A stretch of DNA of 64,000 nucleotides from Klebsormidium nitens (taxonomy: Eukaryota; Plantae; Klebsormidiophyceae): contig DF236977.1 of assembly GCA_000708835.1 (NCBI GenBank), forward strand, positions 248,001-312,000, written 5' to 3'. Position numbers and translations under genes: made by a program. Positions 11,393-24,386 of this stretch are shown here, piece after piece. A model generated the notes under the pieces. It was not told the origin of the DNA, made no database searches, and saw only the letters and a program-made list of their open reading frames with translations. The first letter of the stretch is position 1; every line of letters starts with the position of its first letter.

Positions 11393-14300
11393 TTACTCGC
11401 AAGCCAGCTTATTGTCCAGACTGGTCAAAGAGATTGCAAAAGCCTGCAAGAGAAAGGAAGACACTGTCCACAAAGAAGCGGGGCACTTGGATGGGGAATC
11501 TCGTTCCATACAGTTTTTATATCGACATCTTTCCCCTATGATTCTGACAGGAAGTGGACCCATGCATGTGCGAAAGCGATCCATTGACACTCTCAAAGCG
11601 CCTCTTATCTGGATCTTCATGGAACCGGAGGGTCCTTCTCGGCAGCAGTCGAGAGCGCGAGCAGGAAGACTACCAACAGACTTCGTGTGGGCTTACCTGC
11701 AATGCTGACATCGGGTACTGATAATCCATTGTGAAAAAGTCGTTGCCCGCCTGCAAGATCAACGGGACGTGGGCTGTTGGTGGTTTTGGTATAACCCGTC
11801 ATGGCTCGTGTCGACGAGCCGACCTTGATTTTCATTTGCTTGCAGTGCTTAGCCTTGGACGCTGACTATTGCCAGATTTCCCTGGCAAAAGAGCGGCATC
11901 TACGCAGCCTAGATCGTCGAAACCGTAACACCGCTGAATAGTCTGAAACTCGCGGTATGTTTCCTAACAGGCCCCACTTCGGACAAAAAGCAGAGAGGTA
12001 ACAATTTGCCGTTTTTATTTCTTACTTCATTTTGAAACACACTGGAACTTGGGCGTGCGTCCAGCTTACCTTCCCAAACTGCAGGATGATGGTCTCCTTG
12101 TCCGAATCAGTGACGAGCTGGAAATTCTTGACGGACGCATGGGTGACTCGCCCGTTGAAGTTGAGACAATATGCGCCCAACTGGCAAAGGACATTAAGGA
12201 TCGGAGTTATGATGCGGCTCTGCTGCTCGATATAGGGTCCGCCTCGTGAAGTATGTTGATGATTCATCGTTCTTAAGGACCAGAAGACACCGGAGGGGGT
12301 AGCTTGAAAGGAGTGGGCGACTCTGATTCAAAAAATAGTCGCTGAAGAACGAACACGACAAGAAGAAAGTTGTGCAAGAACGCAAGAAGCACTGATCTGG
12401 CAACAAAGCTAAGGAAGACTGCGGTGGGCGCGCAATCCAGTGCGGAGGCGCGACCTGCGGTGCGCACATCTCGCTTGTACGACTAGGCCTGCTCACCTGC
12501 TCGTTCCACTTGGGCGGCTTGTTCCGCATGATGACCATCTTCTCCGACTCTTCCTTTTTGCGGAACTTCTCCAGAATTGCCTGCAAAACATCATGCTATG
12601 AGCGATACCGCCTTTATGCGCACTCGTTTGAGACTTGCCGTATCATCTTGGGGGAGCTTGAAAGTGGACCGAAGCGGTCGACAAAGTACGTTAAGCTGTT
12701 CGCTTTTCACGCTGCCTTCGAATTACATTCGAGCAGGGGCAGATGGAGAGGGTCCGGTCAACGTTTACCTGGTCTTTTCGCTTTCCGTTGGCGTCGAAGG
12801 TACACCTGTGTTCGTTGGCGTCCAGCTTCGGGATGACCCCCGTCATCTTGCGCGGCCCGCGTGTCCCCATCACGTTGTACTGATACGTCACGCACCCCAA
12901 CATCTCGCGCTCCGCTTGGCTGCTCGGAACGCTGCAACAGTCACAATTTGGAAGGAGCTTAACGGCATGCTTTAGTGTGGCAAAGCGCCCTAAAAGACCG
13001 TGAGTCAGACGGTCTCCGCGGGTGCCACAACGATTTCTCTCCGCTCTGCTCCGAAGTTTTCAAGCCCACCTGATGCTCGAGGGGTTCTGAGAGTAGCAGT
13101 CCGCGCCTTTGTCGTAGAACCAAAACTCCGTCCCCATGAAGTTGGCCCGAAGCTGCAGATAGGGAGGGCGGCATGAGAACCCCGCGGCAGGACAGCAGCC
13201 CTAGGCGAAAGAGCAGCCCACGTCGTCCATTCAACGGTCCGAAATAAGCACCTTGCCAAAATTCTTCGTGGGCAAGTTGAAAGCGCCAGGAGCTGACCGG
13301 ACGAGCCCGCTAAGAGGAGAACGCCTGCTTCGCGGTAGCACCTGTCCCAACGTCGGGGCATTGCTCCGTTCTCACCTTTCCGAAGTAGTTTGCGCTGCTT
13401 TGGTTGAAGTCATCCCGGTCAAGAGAGATGACGTAGTTGCTGCAAGGAAGGAACTCGATCTCTTTCAGAAACCTTTTCGCCAACAGCGTCCGTCTCAGCT
13501 AGAGTCTGGGCTTTTGATTGCCAACAGATGCTCCTATACAAAAAGCGTTTTCAGAGAATCAGAAAACACACAACGATGCGGACTCGTTCTTCGCAGACTT
13601 TTGCAATGACCGGCCTGACGCGCTCACCTTGTTTTTGCTTTCGGCTCATTCTTTGCGCAAAGGAGAAACCGATCGCCCTCCGTGAGACACAACACAAAGA
13701 CTGGATGTCCACTTTTCTTCCCTTTCTCCCTCCGAATATGGCACTGTACGGGTTTGTCACGTGGCCCAGGCTGCAGTCCATGATAGTAGGGATGAATATT
13801 TTTGGATTTGATTATTGCTTCCGACGTCTCCATACACGCTAGAGTCGAGTGCTGACCGTTTATTAAAAGCTGTGGAGAATATCTAGTGGGCTTCTTTCGC
13901 GTAAAACCGGATTCCCCCTGTCCTGTGCATTTGATCTGCTCATCGTCATCTGAAAACTCAAGTAGCACATCCTGCTTGGCCTGAAAATACCCACGAAGTC
14001 TTTCTGCTCTGTTTCAAAGCGGCTCTCAGACTTGGTAACCACAAATGGAAACGGTCCTCACCTGCATGAGGAAGGCCCGCACGTCGCTCAGGTCCACTGC
14101 TCCCGAGGGAGTTGAGGCGATCCCAACCGTTGGGCTGATCGGCTCGTACACCTGCACCCAAAGCAGGGTAAGAAGTTCCCGTGCTAGTTTGTAAATTGCT
14201 TGAGTTCGGAGATGGAGTCATTGTTTGGCCAAGATCCTCCTGATCCAGGCCTCGAGATGGACAGTAACAACCAGCCTTGTGAAGGTTTTTGACCTAGGAC

Positions 14301-16181
14301 CCTCGTCAAGCGCTTGCCAAAGCCGTTTCAATTCATTGACGATCTTGCTGATGTGCAACAGCTTACCGACTCGATCCCGTAGTCGTTGAGCTCTTTCTCA
14401 ACCTCTTGCGCAGCGGGGCTCAGGGAATCTGAGCGCTGCTTTTTGGGAGACGCGCGGGGGCCGGGGTCTAGCTGCCGCAGGTTGGGCACGTAAGGCTCGT
14501 CGCCTTCCTCGCTGGGAACACTGCAAGGAGCCCGCTGAAGGTGACTCACAACCTTATTCTAGACCCAAAATTCACCCTCCATCATTACGCACGTATCAGT
14601 ATATTACGAAGTAAGAGTTGGCAAGAGTGAAGTCTTTTCAGTGTTTCCTGCAGTTGGGTCCAAGTAAGAAGTCTTTGTTGAACAGAAGGGGACGCATCTC
14701 GAAAGCACTGCTATAGTCGGTTATAAGCAGGAAGTGTTGCTTACTTACTGGTCCATCTGCGGAGTTAGAAAATCTCTGCATCTTTAGGTGCACCATTGAA
14801 CAGAGTACACAAGTATTCCAGCACCCGTCATCATCTGGTGAAGCGGGGCCTGCAAGAGTACTCACCTTGGTGGGGGCGAATCCCGTCTCTCTGCAAAGCT
14901 GCTCAGTGCAGGTTCCCCGATTGGTGATCGAGGGGAGAGCGGCCGAGATCCTGCCGCACTACCTGGCCGCATGGTGCGGGAAAGGCTGTCGTTGGCTACA
15001 GCCAGCCCTGTACGTGGAACAACCTCTGTCATCAAGAGACCTTCCGGTACCGTGGAGGCCCACATTTGAGGATTGACCCTCACAAGAGTAGAAAGCAGGA
15101 GTTTGCACTATAAAGTTCGGACCGCACAGGTAAATTTTGCACGACTCAGTTCCATATGAGAAGGACTTATCTACTCAAGGGAAACCTTCCACCGAGGGTC
15201 TACATTTTGGCACTGGCAAGATAGCTGTAAACTTACCACCACTCAGACTCCTCTCTTTCCGTTTGAGGGCAGCAACGGACTGCTGCAATGATGCAGTCTG
15301 CATTTGAACATTTGACGGCAGTGAGACCCCACAAAACTTGCTGTTGATGCAATCAGTTTTATCTGCAGCTAGGATGACCATCAGTAAGCGTCCAGTGGAT
15401 GGGTTCAATGGGATGCTAGCACTGTAACTCACGGAACTGTTGCAAGTAGCCTTCCTGATCTTCGGGTCAGGTTGCTTCTTGCAGATGTGCACCTGTATTT
15501 GCCCGCTTACCGGAGGCCTCAGGACGTAACCGCTGCTTGGCGTCCTGGCGGGGCTGTCGTCCCCCTCTGAGTCATCAAACAGGTGATTGTTGTACTGGGT
15601 CACTGCACAAATAGCGGTCAGTCAGGGCCAGCTTGCTCCCTTGTAAAGCAACACAAGCTTCCCGGAAGCCTGTGGCAATGACGACACTGTTGAGCTCAGG
15701 GTCATTTGTTCCAGATCTGACCATTTGCTCAAGCACAAGCCAGAAGTATTGAGCTGAAGTTGACATCCAGTTGCCTTATGTCGACAAAGTCTTTGATTAT
15801 CATATAGCTGCCAGATACGAGCCCCGCTCTTGGGGGCCCATATGACGTCACTTTGACACAGCAAAGATCCTTTACCCAGGATTACCAGAATCAAGGGGCG
15901 GGCGTATAAGAGAATGGTCATAAGAGCGCACCGCTGCCTGTCAGGAAGTCAACGCCCTTGTTCGGTGCCATTTGCCCAAAGCCCCCGCCCAGCTTGCTGC
16001 CTCTGGCTGGGCTACCCCTCTCAGCAGCAGCTGCATTCTCATAGGAGCGGGCAGATACGGGCCGGACAGGGGCAGCTTTGCGGGACCCCTTCTGAGAACC
16101 CAGGCCGGCCCCCCAGTGGTCGCCCCGGATGTCCAGCTCATCTGCCTCTGAGCCGCCACTCCTAAACGATGCTTGCTCCAT
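11393..16181 (-). CDS. Tubby-like protein (C-terminal Tub domain, long disordered N-terminus, no F-box), ~614 aa
   Basis: Tub motifs split across exons: [23 protein letters not shown]|[30 protein letters not shown]|[42 protein letters not shown]|[16 protein letters not shown]. Exons: 16181-15932, 15602-15493, 15297-15237, 15025-14866, 14520-14367, 14239-14062, 13949-13628, 13439-13376, 13152-13070, 12931-12769, 12580-12497, 12180-12070, 11750-11697, 11443-11393 (sum 1845 nt, in frame). The five 5'-most exons and the start codon are less certain. Confidence 0.88.
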
Positions 16182-17991
16182 TGTGCTGTCTGTCAAGCAA
16201 ATGGCCCGTTCAGGCGTAGTCCACGCACCTTCGCAAACTGTCTTGGTCCAACGACTCAAATCGATCACTATCTGTGGGGCCCATCAGCTTCCTCTTGCAG
16301 AGGTTGTAGCAGGTCACTTCCTCTGGATCCTAAGCTGCAAGTGAGCTCAACCTGAGCATTCGATGTCTTGACTTCAATTGGTTGAGCCGAGCTGCTATGT
16401 ACTGTAATTGCTACTTGCTACTTGCAACTAGTAAGTACAGCATTTTACTGCTGTAGCTTTGATGAGCTGCAGGCTGTCCCGTATGAAAGGTTTCTTTTGC
16501 TTTCAAAGCCTGCCTGTTCCCCCAACTGTTACGAGCTTTGAATGCTGCGCACGTCAGTCACTCTACAATCTAGCTGTACTTCAGGTTCTTGGCAGGCTGC
16601 CAGTGCTGGCACCGAATGCGGCTGCTGTATCACGAAGTGTCATCAAGCAGATTGCCAGAATTTGCCTACAAAGCTTGGTTTACCTATATGGCCGCCTGGC
16701 CGCCAGAAACCGACCTGCGCGCGCGTTCTTGCAGTAGGTATCGATCACGGCCGCTGGATAAAACTTAAAGTTAAAGGCAATCCTCTGCAGCGTCCGCTTC
16801 CTCTGCAGCGTTTGCTTGCTTGGGTCGGCCGAAGAGGATGTCTTTGGCCGGGCAGGTTGGAACAATCGCCGCCGGCAGAAGGCTTTCGTTCAATTGGTTT
16901 ACCAATCAGCAGCATCACCGGGCACTTTCTGCCGGTGCTCGTAGAGGACCCGAAGCTTGAGGGCGGCACAAAACGGTCATGATGGACCTTCAAAGTCTGA
17001 GAAGCCAAGGTCTGCAAAGAAGCGTCTTGACATCCTCATGCAGACAGAGAGATACCTCATGCAGACAGAGTGAGATACCTCCACTGCAGTCTGCTGGCAC
17101 CAGGGTTCAGCTGTGAAAATTAGACAATGTGAAAAGCAAAGACGTGACTAGGAACTTGAGTCCTAGTCACTGGCCCGTCATGGCATTCTGCTTGGGAAAT
17201 GTCCGGCCAACTAAGAATTCGTCCTTCTGCCACAATCAGGCTGTGCTTGCTCTCTCCAAAATTAAACATTTGATTTGAACGTTGCTGCCTTCCTGCAGCA
17301 TACCATGTACGACAGGTCCATCTTTGCTACTGATTTTTGAATGCTGCTAAGCACTAATAGCTTTGAGCCGTTCTCAATCTAGGCGACAGCACAGTCTGTG
17401 AGAAGCCTGCACGTAATCTGAGCAGCCCAACTCAGGACAAGAGGATTTAATTCTCCACAGGATCGGAAGCAGGGTCTGCCATTTGCTACTTACGCATTTG
17501 GAGCTTGGTGAGCCCTTACCTGTCTGTAAAATGTTTTGCCAGTCACTGACATGTCTTGTCCATGACACCCGTCCTTCCTCATGATAGGCGACAAGAAACC
17601 CTTGGGGCTGTTCCAATCAAGACAGTCAAAACCCAGTTTTCAGCTTTAAGATCCGGAAAGCTTGAAGACTGTTATTGTAGATGGAGATCTGTCCCTCAGT
17701 GTCCATGCTTCTGATAAGGCCCACAAAAAGCACCACTGGGGGCAAAATTCATGCAATTCACCAGCAGGAAATCACTACTCCCACATCTGGAAGCAAGCGC
17801 AAGCATGCATTGCCCCATGAACAATGAGGCTTTCTGAAAAAAATTCTCAGACAGGAAAAGCTGAGGCTCAAGACGGCTTGGAAAAAACCTGTGTCACCAG
17901 AATCTTCCTGCAAAGGCATTCTGCAGTTCATTGATCTTCCTTCCTGTGTCTATTTCGATCTGCCTGTGCAGTCAAAGCTGCGCGACCAGCA

Positions 17992-20900
17992 ATGACATCA
18001 TGCACGGCGGTGGATGGTGCTGTTGATCCAGAAAGTGGATACCCTCGCAAGTTTGAGCGCATCTGCAAAGGGGCGCTGCGGAGCCGCTACATTCGGTATC
18101 CTTGCGGGCCCCCGACAGCCTTTGTTTCTGACATTGTCACAGTCAATGAGGTAAGCCCAATTGGAGTGAGCGCTCTACCTCTGCCATAATGCGACTAGGT
18201 CACTGATACTATTGTCTTTGATGAGCTTGAGCAGAACTCGAGAAATTCTAATTGTGGAGCTCCCTCCTTAGGTTGGGTTACTTCGCGTTCTATCTTTGTG
18301 GCTCCACTAAAAGCTATGGCCCCTTGCACCTCTCACATGCTCTATGCAATACAGGAGGTTGATGTCATTGCGCTGGAAGCGCAGTTCCCTGTCATTCCAG
18401 AGAGTGACAGAGCAAGCACCAGCACCGAGCGCTTTCGACAAGCCCTGTGGAATCAGCTGGACTCCTTAAGGTGCCAACCTCACCTTTTTGAAGGCTTTTG
18501 TGTTGGAAACGCCATAAGAGATGCACTTCACTTGGAGCAGTTTATGATTGAAGTAATGAAGGCTCACGATGATAGTACATCCCTCTCCTGAAAGTGGCCT
18601 GGGCAACAGCATGTCAGTTGGTGAAACCAGAACAGGACAGGTCAACCCGCCTGTCGTCTTTTCAAACCTCGCAACATCCTGGATGCAAAGATACGATCAT
18701 ATTTGTCAATCCGCTTGCAGGGGCTTTGACGACAGCTTGATCCGTGTAGACAAGTATGGCAACGTGCTGTACCGTTTGGCAGAGCCGGGCTCTCCACTCT
18801 ACGGCCAGATTGACCACTGGTTCCCTGTTGCAAGTGAGCCATTCACACAGATTCCTCTGCGTTACTTCCACGGCAGCTCCTACTTGCGTGACACGTCTGA
18901 CTACTGACGCTGATATGTGCAGCAATATTCTTTTCGAGAAATGGTTGTGCAGCGGCTAAGCTTTTCGAGAGCACAACAGTCGGGTGCTTCGACGAATATC
19001 ACATCCTTGCCCGAGGCACGTTGCGCATCAACTCCACTCCACGATGAGGCTTCAATGTTGCTTTTGCCCTATTGGTATTGGTTTTTCGCCTTCGGTTTGA
19101 GCTGAAGCTGGTACTGCACTCCCACAACAGGCAGCCTGCCTGTGCCGCGCTGCCTGCTCCGTTCTCTTTTACAATCCCCCTTTGAGTATGCTCCGTGTGT
19201 GTTCAGGGGGCGGCCTGTCGGTGCTCCCCAACCTGGCCAGCATCTACTGGGAGGCCAACAAGCACAAGGGCGACCAGCTCGAGTTCCTGGTGCCCTGGTA
19301 TGATCTCCAGTGCGGCGTCCACTTCACGCGCTTCATCAGCACCTTCGCCTCCACCGACCTCGTACTCAGGTCGCCAGCCTGCCTCATAGTCTACCGCAAT
19401 TGCTCATTAATCCTGGCGTCCTTGGTTCTCTTCAGCAACTCTCACAACGTACAAAGCTGGCAGAGGCGGAAGCGTTTCAGACGTTGCTGTTCTTCATTCT
19501 ATAGCTCATTCGACAAATCCGTGAATCTGTGGATTTTATAACAGCTGAACAGCTCTGCTTCCAAATGCAACCCCTGAGTGGAGGTTGGAGAGGAGTTCGC
19601 TGCAACAACACCGTGACAGGATCCTCACTGACTATGTTGGCCCCTCTCTGCAGGCAGCGCATGTTCGCTCTCTTCTTTGGTAGCGACGGCGAGGCGCACC
19701 ACGTGGTCGCGGACTGGGCTGCTCCCAGCTTGAGCCGGACGGCCTACATCGCGTCAGCAGTGGTCAGCATGGACGCGCAAGCAAGCAGCAAGGGCCCGGG
19801 AGCAGTCAGACAGATCAAGAAAGGTGGGGCGCCGACTGGAGTGCTGGATGTCGGAGCCAGCGCCTCGTATCTTGCCGCCTTCTTGGGTCAAGAAAGCTTC
19901 GGCTGCAAGCATTTGTAAACTCAAGGCCGAAGCAACATCAATAGTCTTTGAAAGTTGAACTTACTTTTCAGCGTTCTTTCCGCTTTCGAACTCACTCCCC
20001 GTATTAGCTGGACTGGCGTGCAGCTGGACGGCCTTACTTATACCAGGCAGCTCACAGCGGAACCTGATGCGTTTTGGTCTTAACTTAGGCATGCCTTTCG
20101 CATGATTGAAGCGGCCGGCTCGAAGAAGTCGCACGACCGCCGTCTTATTTGTGTTGATGATGTTGCAAAGCCCGAGCAACCCTGCAAACAAGAGGGCACC
20201 AGCTCCCACATCCAAATTACATACCCACTGCTCGCAGCTGGCTCCTTTTGCCGGAACGACTTGTTCATCCCTCTGTCCGGTTTTCGCGCAGGAGAGCAGC
20301 GGCGGTCGACTAAGCCGTGGACGGCGGAGGAGACGGCCGCGCTGCAGGCGGCGGTGGCCAAGCACAGCGAGCCGGGCCAGCGGTCGCTGCCGCTGCACAA
20401 GTGCCGCGAGATCCTGGCGGGCTACCGCATCTTCCGGGACGCGCAGCGCGAACCAAAGGACCTCTACGACAAGGTGAGCGGCCGCGCTGGAACCGGGAGC
20501 AAAGCTGTCTCTTGGTCGGAAGAGGGGATTTTGCGGGGCCGCGGACTGAAGTTGTGGAGCCGCACTCATCCATCATGAAGCAATTTCTAGAGTTCCTGGG
20601 CGAAGGGTGAGCAATTGCTAGGGTCTCTCCAGTTGCAGTCTTACATACTTTGCAACTTTCATCTAGTTGGCAGCATGTCACTTTGCCACCACCATTTGCA
20701 ATCTCAAGACTTTGGCGGACAGAACTTCTGCTTCGCAGAATGATGGCCTCGTTTCGCATCAGAGCGGGCAGCGTCGTGAAATTGCGCTCAACTCTTTCGC
20801 AGTGGAGGAACCTGCAAAACCAGCAGTCCAAGGGCGGCACCCCCCGCCGGTCCAGCGCCAATGCCTCCTCCCCCTGCCCCGCCGCCACCAGCCCCGCCCC

Positions 20901-23900
20901 ATTCCGGCGCATCTCCTATTCCAACGAGAACCGCGCCGAAACCCACTCCCAAGCGCGGAGACTCTCGTGGAGCCAGCCGCCGGAACACAGGCCGATCGTC
21001 AAAGGGGCTGCCGCCACGTGTCACTCCCGGAATGCGCCATCTGGCTCCCCCAGCCTGCCCCGGCCACCTCTGGGCCAGCGGGACCTGAACAGCTGGAGGC
21101 TGGAGGCGGACTTTGCGCGCGCGTGCAATCTGAGCGACGGCTCATCGGACAGCGGAGACGAGTTGCAAACACTGAGTTGGAGGCGGGGCAGAGACACAGT
21201 GACCCGCACTCTTGGTGCGACAGTTCGGGCACCGTTTGAGGAACGGTCGACAGTTGCACGGCCCCAGGCGATTGGCGCCCGTCGGGAAAGCCTCAGCGTC
21301 AACCAACTTTCGGAGAGGAACGCCGCGATAACGGTTGTGGATCAGAACGCCGGGCTGGCCGCACGATTGCACGAGCTTGAGGGGCAGAAGGAATGCTTAC
21401 TGCGGGAAGGAGACGCGGCCGCGCAGCGGCGGGAGGACCTGCTGTGCGAGGTGGCCCTCGTCGAGCAGGAGGTGCGCGAGCACGCGCGCACGCTGGAGGC
21501 GAAGCGCGCGGAGAACGAGGCTCTGGCTGACAGCTTGAAGGCGGCGGAGAGGAAGCGGGACGAATTGGTTGGGGAGTGGGGCCAGACAGCGCAAAGGCAG
21601 CGGGAGCTGGCTGGCAACATTCGCGAGGCGCAAGCGGAGACTGCGAGGAAGGAGGAGGAGGAGGAGCGGCTGCGGGAGGAGATTCAGAAAGTGCGGGAGG
21701 GGCTGGCGCTGCAGCTGACGCAAGCAGAAGAGGCGCTGGAGGAGGCGGAGCGCGGGCTGCGGGGGCTGCGGCAGGAGCGGGCGGAACTCAAGTAAGGGAG
21801 CACGCTTTGGATGTCAGAGCCATGTGATGTTTGTCGAGGATGAGCAATGGTTCAGCCAGCTCCTCTTTGGAACGAAAGCGGCTTTGTTGGAAGAAACGAA
21901 CCTGAGCGCGAGAAAATACGCTTTCAGCGGTGGGCGGAATCCTCGGTTGCTCACAATCAAAAAGCAAGGACAAGACGAAGAGACAATTCACGCAAGCGGC
22001 AGACTGATTCGTCAGTGAAGTAGAAGGCCTGTATGGATAGGTTCATGCTGGATCTTTTGCAGAACATCGATCCGTCGTGGCAAGGGCCGCGAGCGCGTTG
22101 CTAACGGCACCTCTGCATGAGCTACGTCGATCTACTGCTGACAGCCCGGTCTTCGCGCGCAGGGTGGAACGCGATACGCTGAGGAAGAAGAGCGCGGCGT
22201 GCGAGGAGGAGAAGCGAATACTCGAGACAAGCATCAAGAAGCTCAAAGAAGAGTAAGGCTCGAATCATAATCCGACGCTGACCAGCAATCTCCGGTCGAA
22301 GCTGGTCCTGAGGGGAATCCGGGGCCCGGGCCAAGACGTGATGCCCTCCGTCTACGTGTACGTCTTCGACACACTCTACAGCTTCTAAAGATTGGCGAAG
22401 CACTGGCTAATTGCTTTGTGCTCCAAGGCTGCATATAAGCAGCCCAGAGTCCGCTTTGCCAATGGGTCGTCCTGTCCGATGCCTGAACCAGAATTCGTCG
22501 GTCCAGGCGCCTTGTTGAAATTCACAGCTTTCTTTGGTACTCATTTTGTTCCTTTAAGAGTCGGCCCCTTCGTTAAAACCTCCCTCAATCAGCATATAAC
22601 ATGTTGCTCATTGAGCTATTGAGTCAGCGAAGTTCCGTGCCAGTTAGGTCTTTGGGTTACACGGTAAAACCAGTTTGTCAGGGCAAAACTTGTTCATACC
22701 TCCTCTTGAAAACCATTTCGGAGGACGCAGGTTTCATATTCCTGGTAAGTTTCGTCCGCTGCTGCACCTATTTTTGAGGTTTTCAACTTTCTGGATTGAT
22801 GGGGTGGTGTGAACGCTCTATCGTCGAGCTTTTACTACGCTGTGTTCGGTTCTATTGGACCGCTCGAAGGCCGTCCGTTGAATGTTTCCTCCCAAGGTCG
22901 GGGCTCTCGTTCCATCGCCTTTCTTAATCAGATCTGACGGTTCCTTTATGGCCTTGGGTGCAGGTGCGAGGACTTGGCCATGCAACTGGACCTGGACATG
23001 CCGGCGCTGCGCCAGTGGCAGATCCGCGCAGCGGAGGCGGAGCAGCAGAGCAGTCTCGCGGAGCAGCGGGAGGCCGCCTTCCAGCACGACCTGCAAGTCT
23101 GCACGGAGCGAGTTGAGAAGCTGGAAGCCGAGCTTGAGTCCGCGCGGGAAGCAGCGGAAAAGGCGGAGCGGAGCGCGGAAACGGAACGGGAAGTGGTGGC
23201 GCGGCTGCAGGGGCGGCTGAAGGAGGTGCGCAGTGAGAGGAAGCGCGCGCGCGAGGAGTGCGAGGAGCTACAGCTGAAGAGGGGCGTGCTGGAGGACAGG
23301 CTGCGGGAGGAGGAACTAGACTGGCGGGAGGAGGAAGAGGGAAAAGAGAACGAGCGAGCGGCGGTGGAGAAAGTGGCAGAGGGGCTGGAGAAGATGAGGC
23401 TGGCAAAAGGAGGCGGAGAGGTAGAGAGATCTGCGCAAGATGCTCTGGGAAACGCGGAATGGCCGGAAGACGAGGGCGAAACAAGCGACGCCGAGACCGA
23501 TGTGCTGGAGGAGGCGGGAGATAGGGATACAGAAGCGGAAAGTCCTCCGCTGGGACTCAAAGAGGTTGACGGGACGGAGGAAGATAAAGGCGCTGAAGTC
23601 GGCGACAAGTCCGAAGAGCGGGACAATACAGAGAGCGGATCGGGCGACGGGGCGGAGACCGGCGAAGGGCCCTTGGAAGAGGATGGGGTGCGGGGCGTAG
23701 AGTCGGGATGGATGGATACCGCTTGGGGGAGTGAAAAAGGTGGGGTAAACGCGAGGGTGGAGCTGGATGCAGAATCGGAGGACGAGGAAGAAGTGATACC
23801 AGAAGTGATGGGGGATGTTTTCGCGGAGGACGGGCCTGAGCAGGACCCAATGTCCGGTAAGCGCGAAGCAGGGGAGACTGACGGAACCAAGCTCAATCCC

Positions 23901-24386
23901 CTGGATTTGCCCAACGACCTCCAGGCCAGCGCCAGTGTGACGACACGCGCGCCCCCGTCGCCTGGCACTGCCGTGGGGCAGATTGCGACAGGTCTGGGGA
24001 GGTCAGAGGGACAGCCCGTGGTGAGCTGCTCCTTCGAGAAGGCGACGGTGGACCTTACTTCAGAGTCTTCGGTTGGTGCTTACACGTCAGCCGATGGGGG
24101 CAGTGAAGAGGCTACCGCGAGCGAGTTGGACATGCACAGTGAGTCTTCTGTGCCCTCTTTGGCTTGTACGGGATGCGTCAGTTCTGTAGGAGCGGTTGAA
24201 ACGGCGCTGTCGGTCCCGGTGCTGGACGAGCGGTCAGCAGTGGAGTGCAGGGTGCGGGGCTGGCTGGAGGCACTGGAAACAGAGTCAGAGGGATGGGACG
24301 GAGAGTTGATAGGAATTGCACCCTTAACAACGGATCAAGACACACTGTCCCGCCAGAGTCAAGTGGAAGGGGCGCCAAGGAGTTGA
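17992..24386 (+). CDS. HNH-endonuclease-domain protein with a telobox-type Myb domain, long coiled coil and acidic C-terminal tail, ~1134 aa
   Basis: Exons: 17992-18150, 18355-18470, 18721-18833, 19207-19369, 19654-19823, 20292-20473, 20803-21791, 22163-22252, 22964-24386 (sum 3405 nt, in frame). HNH motif spans an intron: DKYGNVLY..QIDHWFPVA|RGGLSVLPNL..EANKHKGDQLEFLVPWYDLQ. Myb: KPWTAEETAALQAAVAKH...KDLYDK|WRNL. E/R/A/L-rich heptad segments lie at 21350-21790 and 22964-23420. Confidence 0.82.

Noticed and set aside
17992-19369. HNH domain as a homing endonuclease or mobile element
   Set aside because: It is split by spliceosomal introns, belongs to a long host-type gene, and has no terminal repeats or host intron context.
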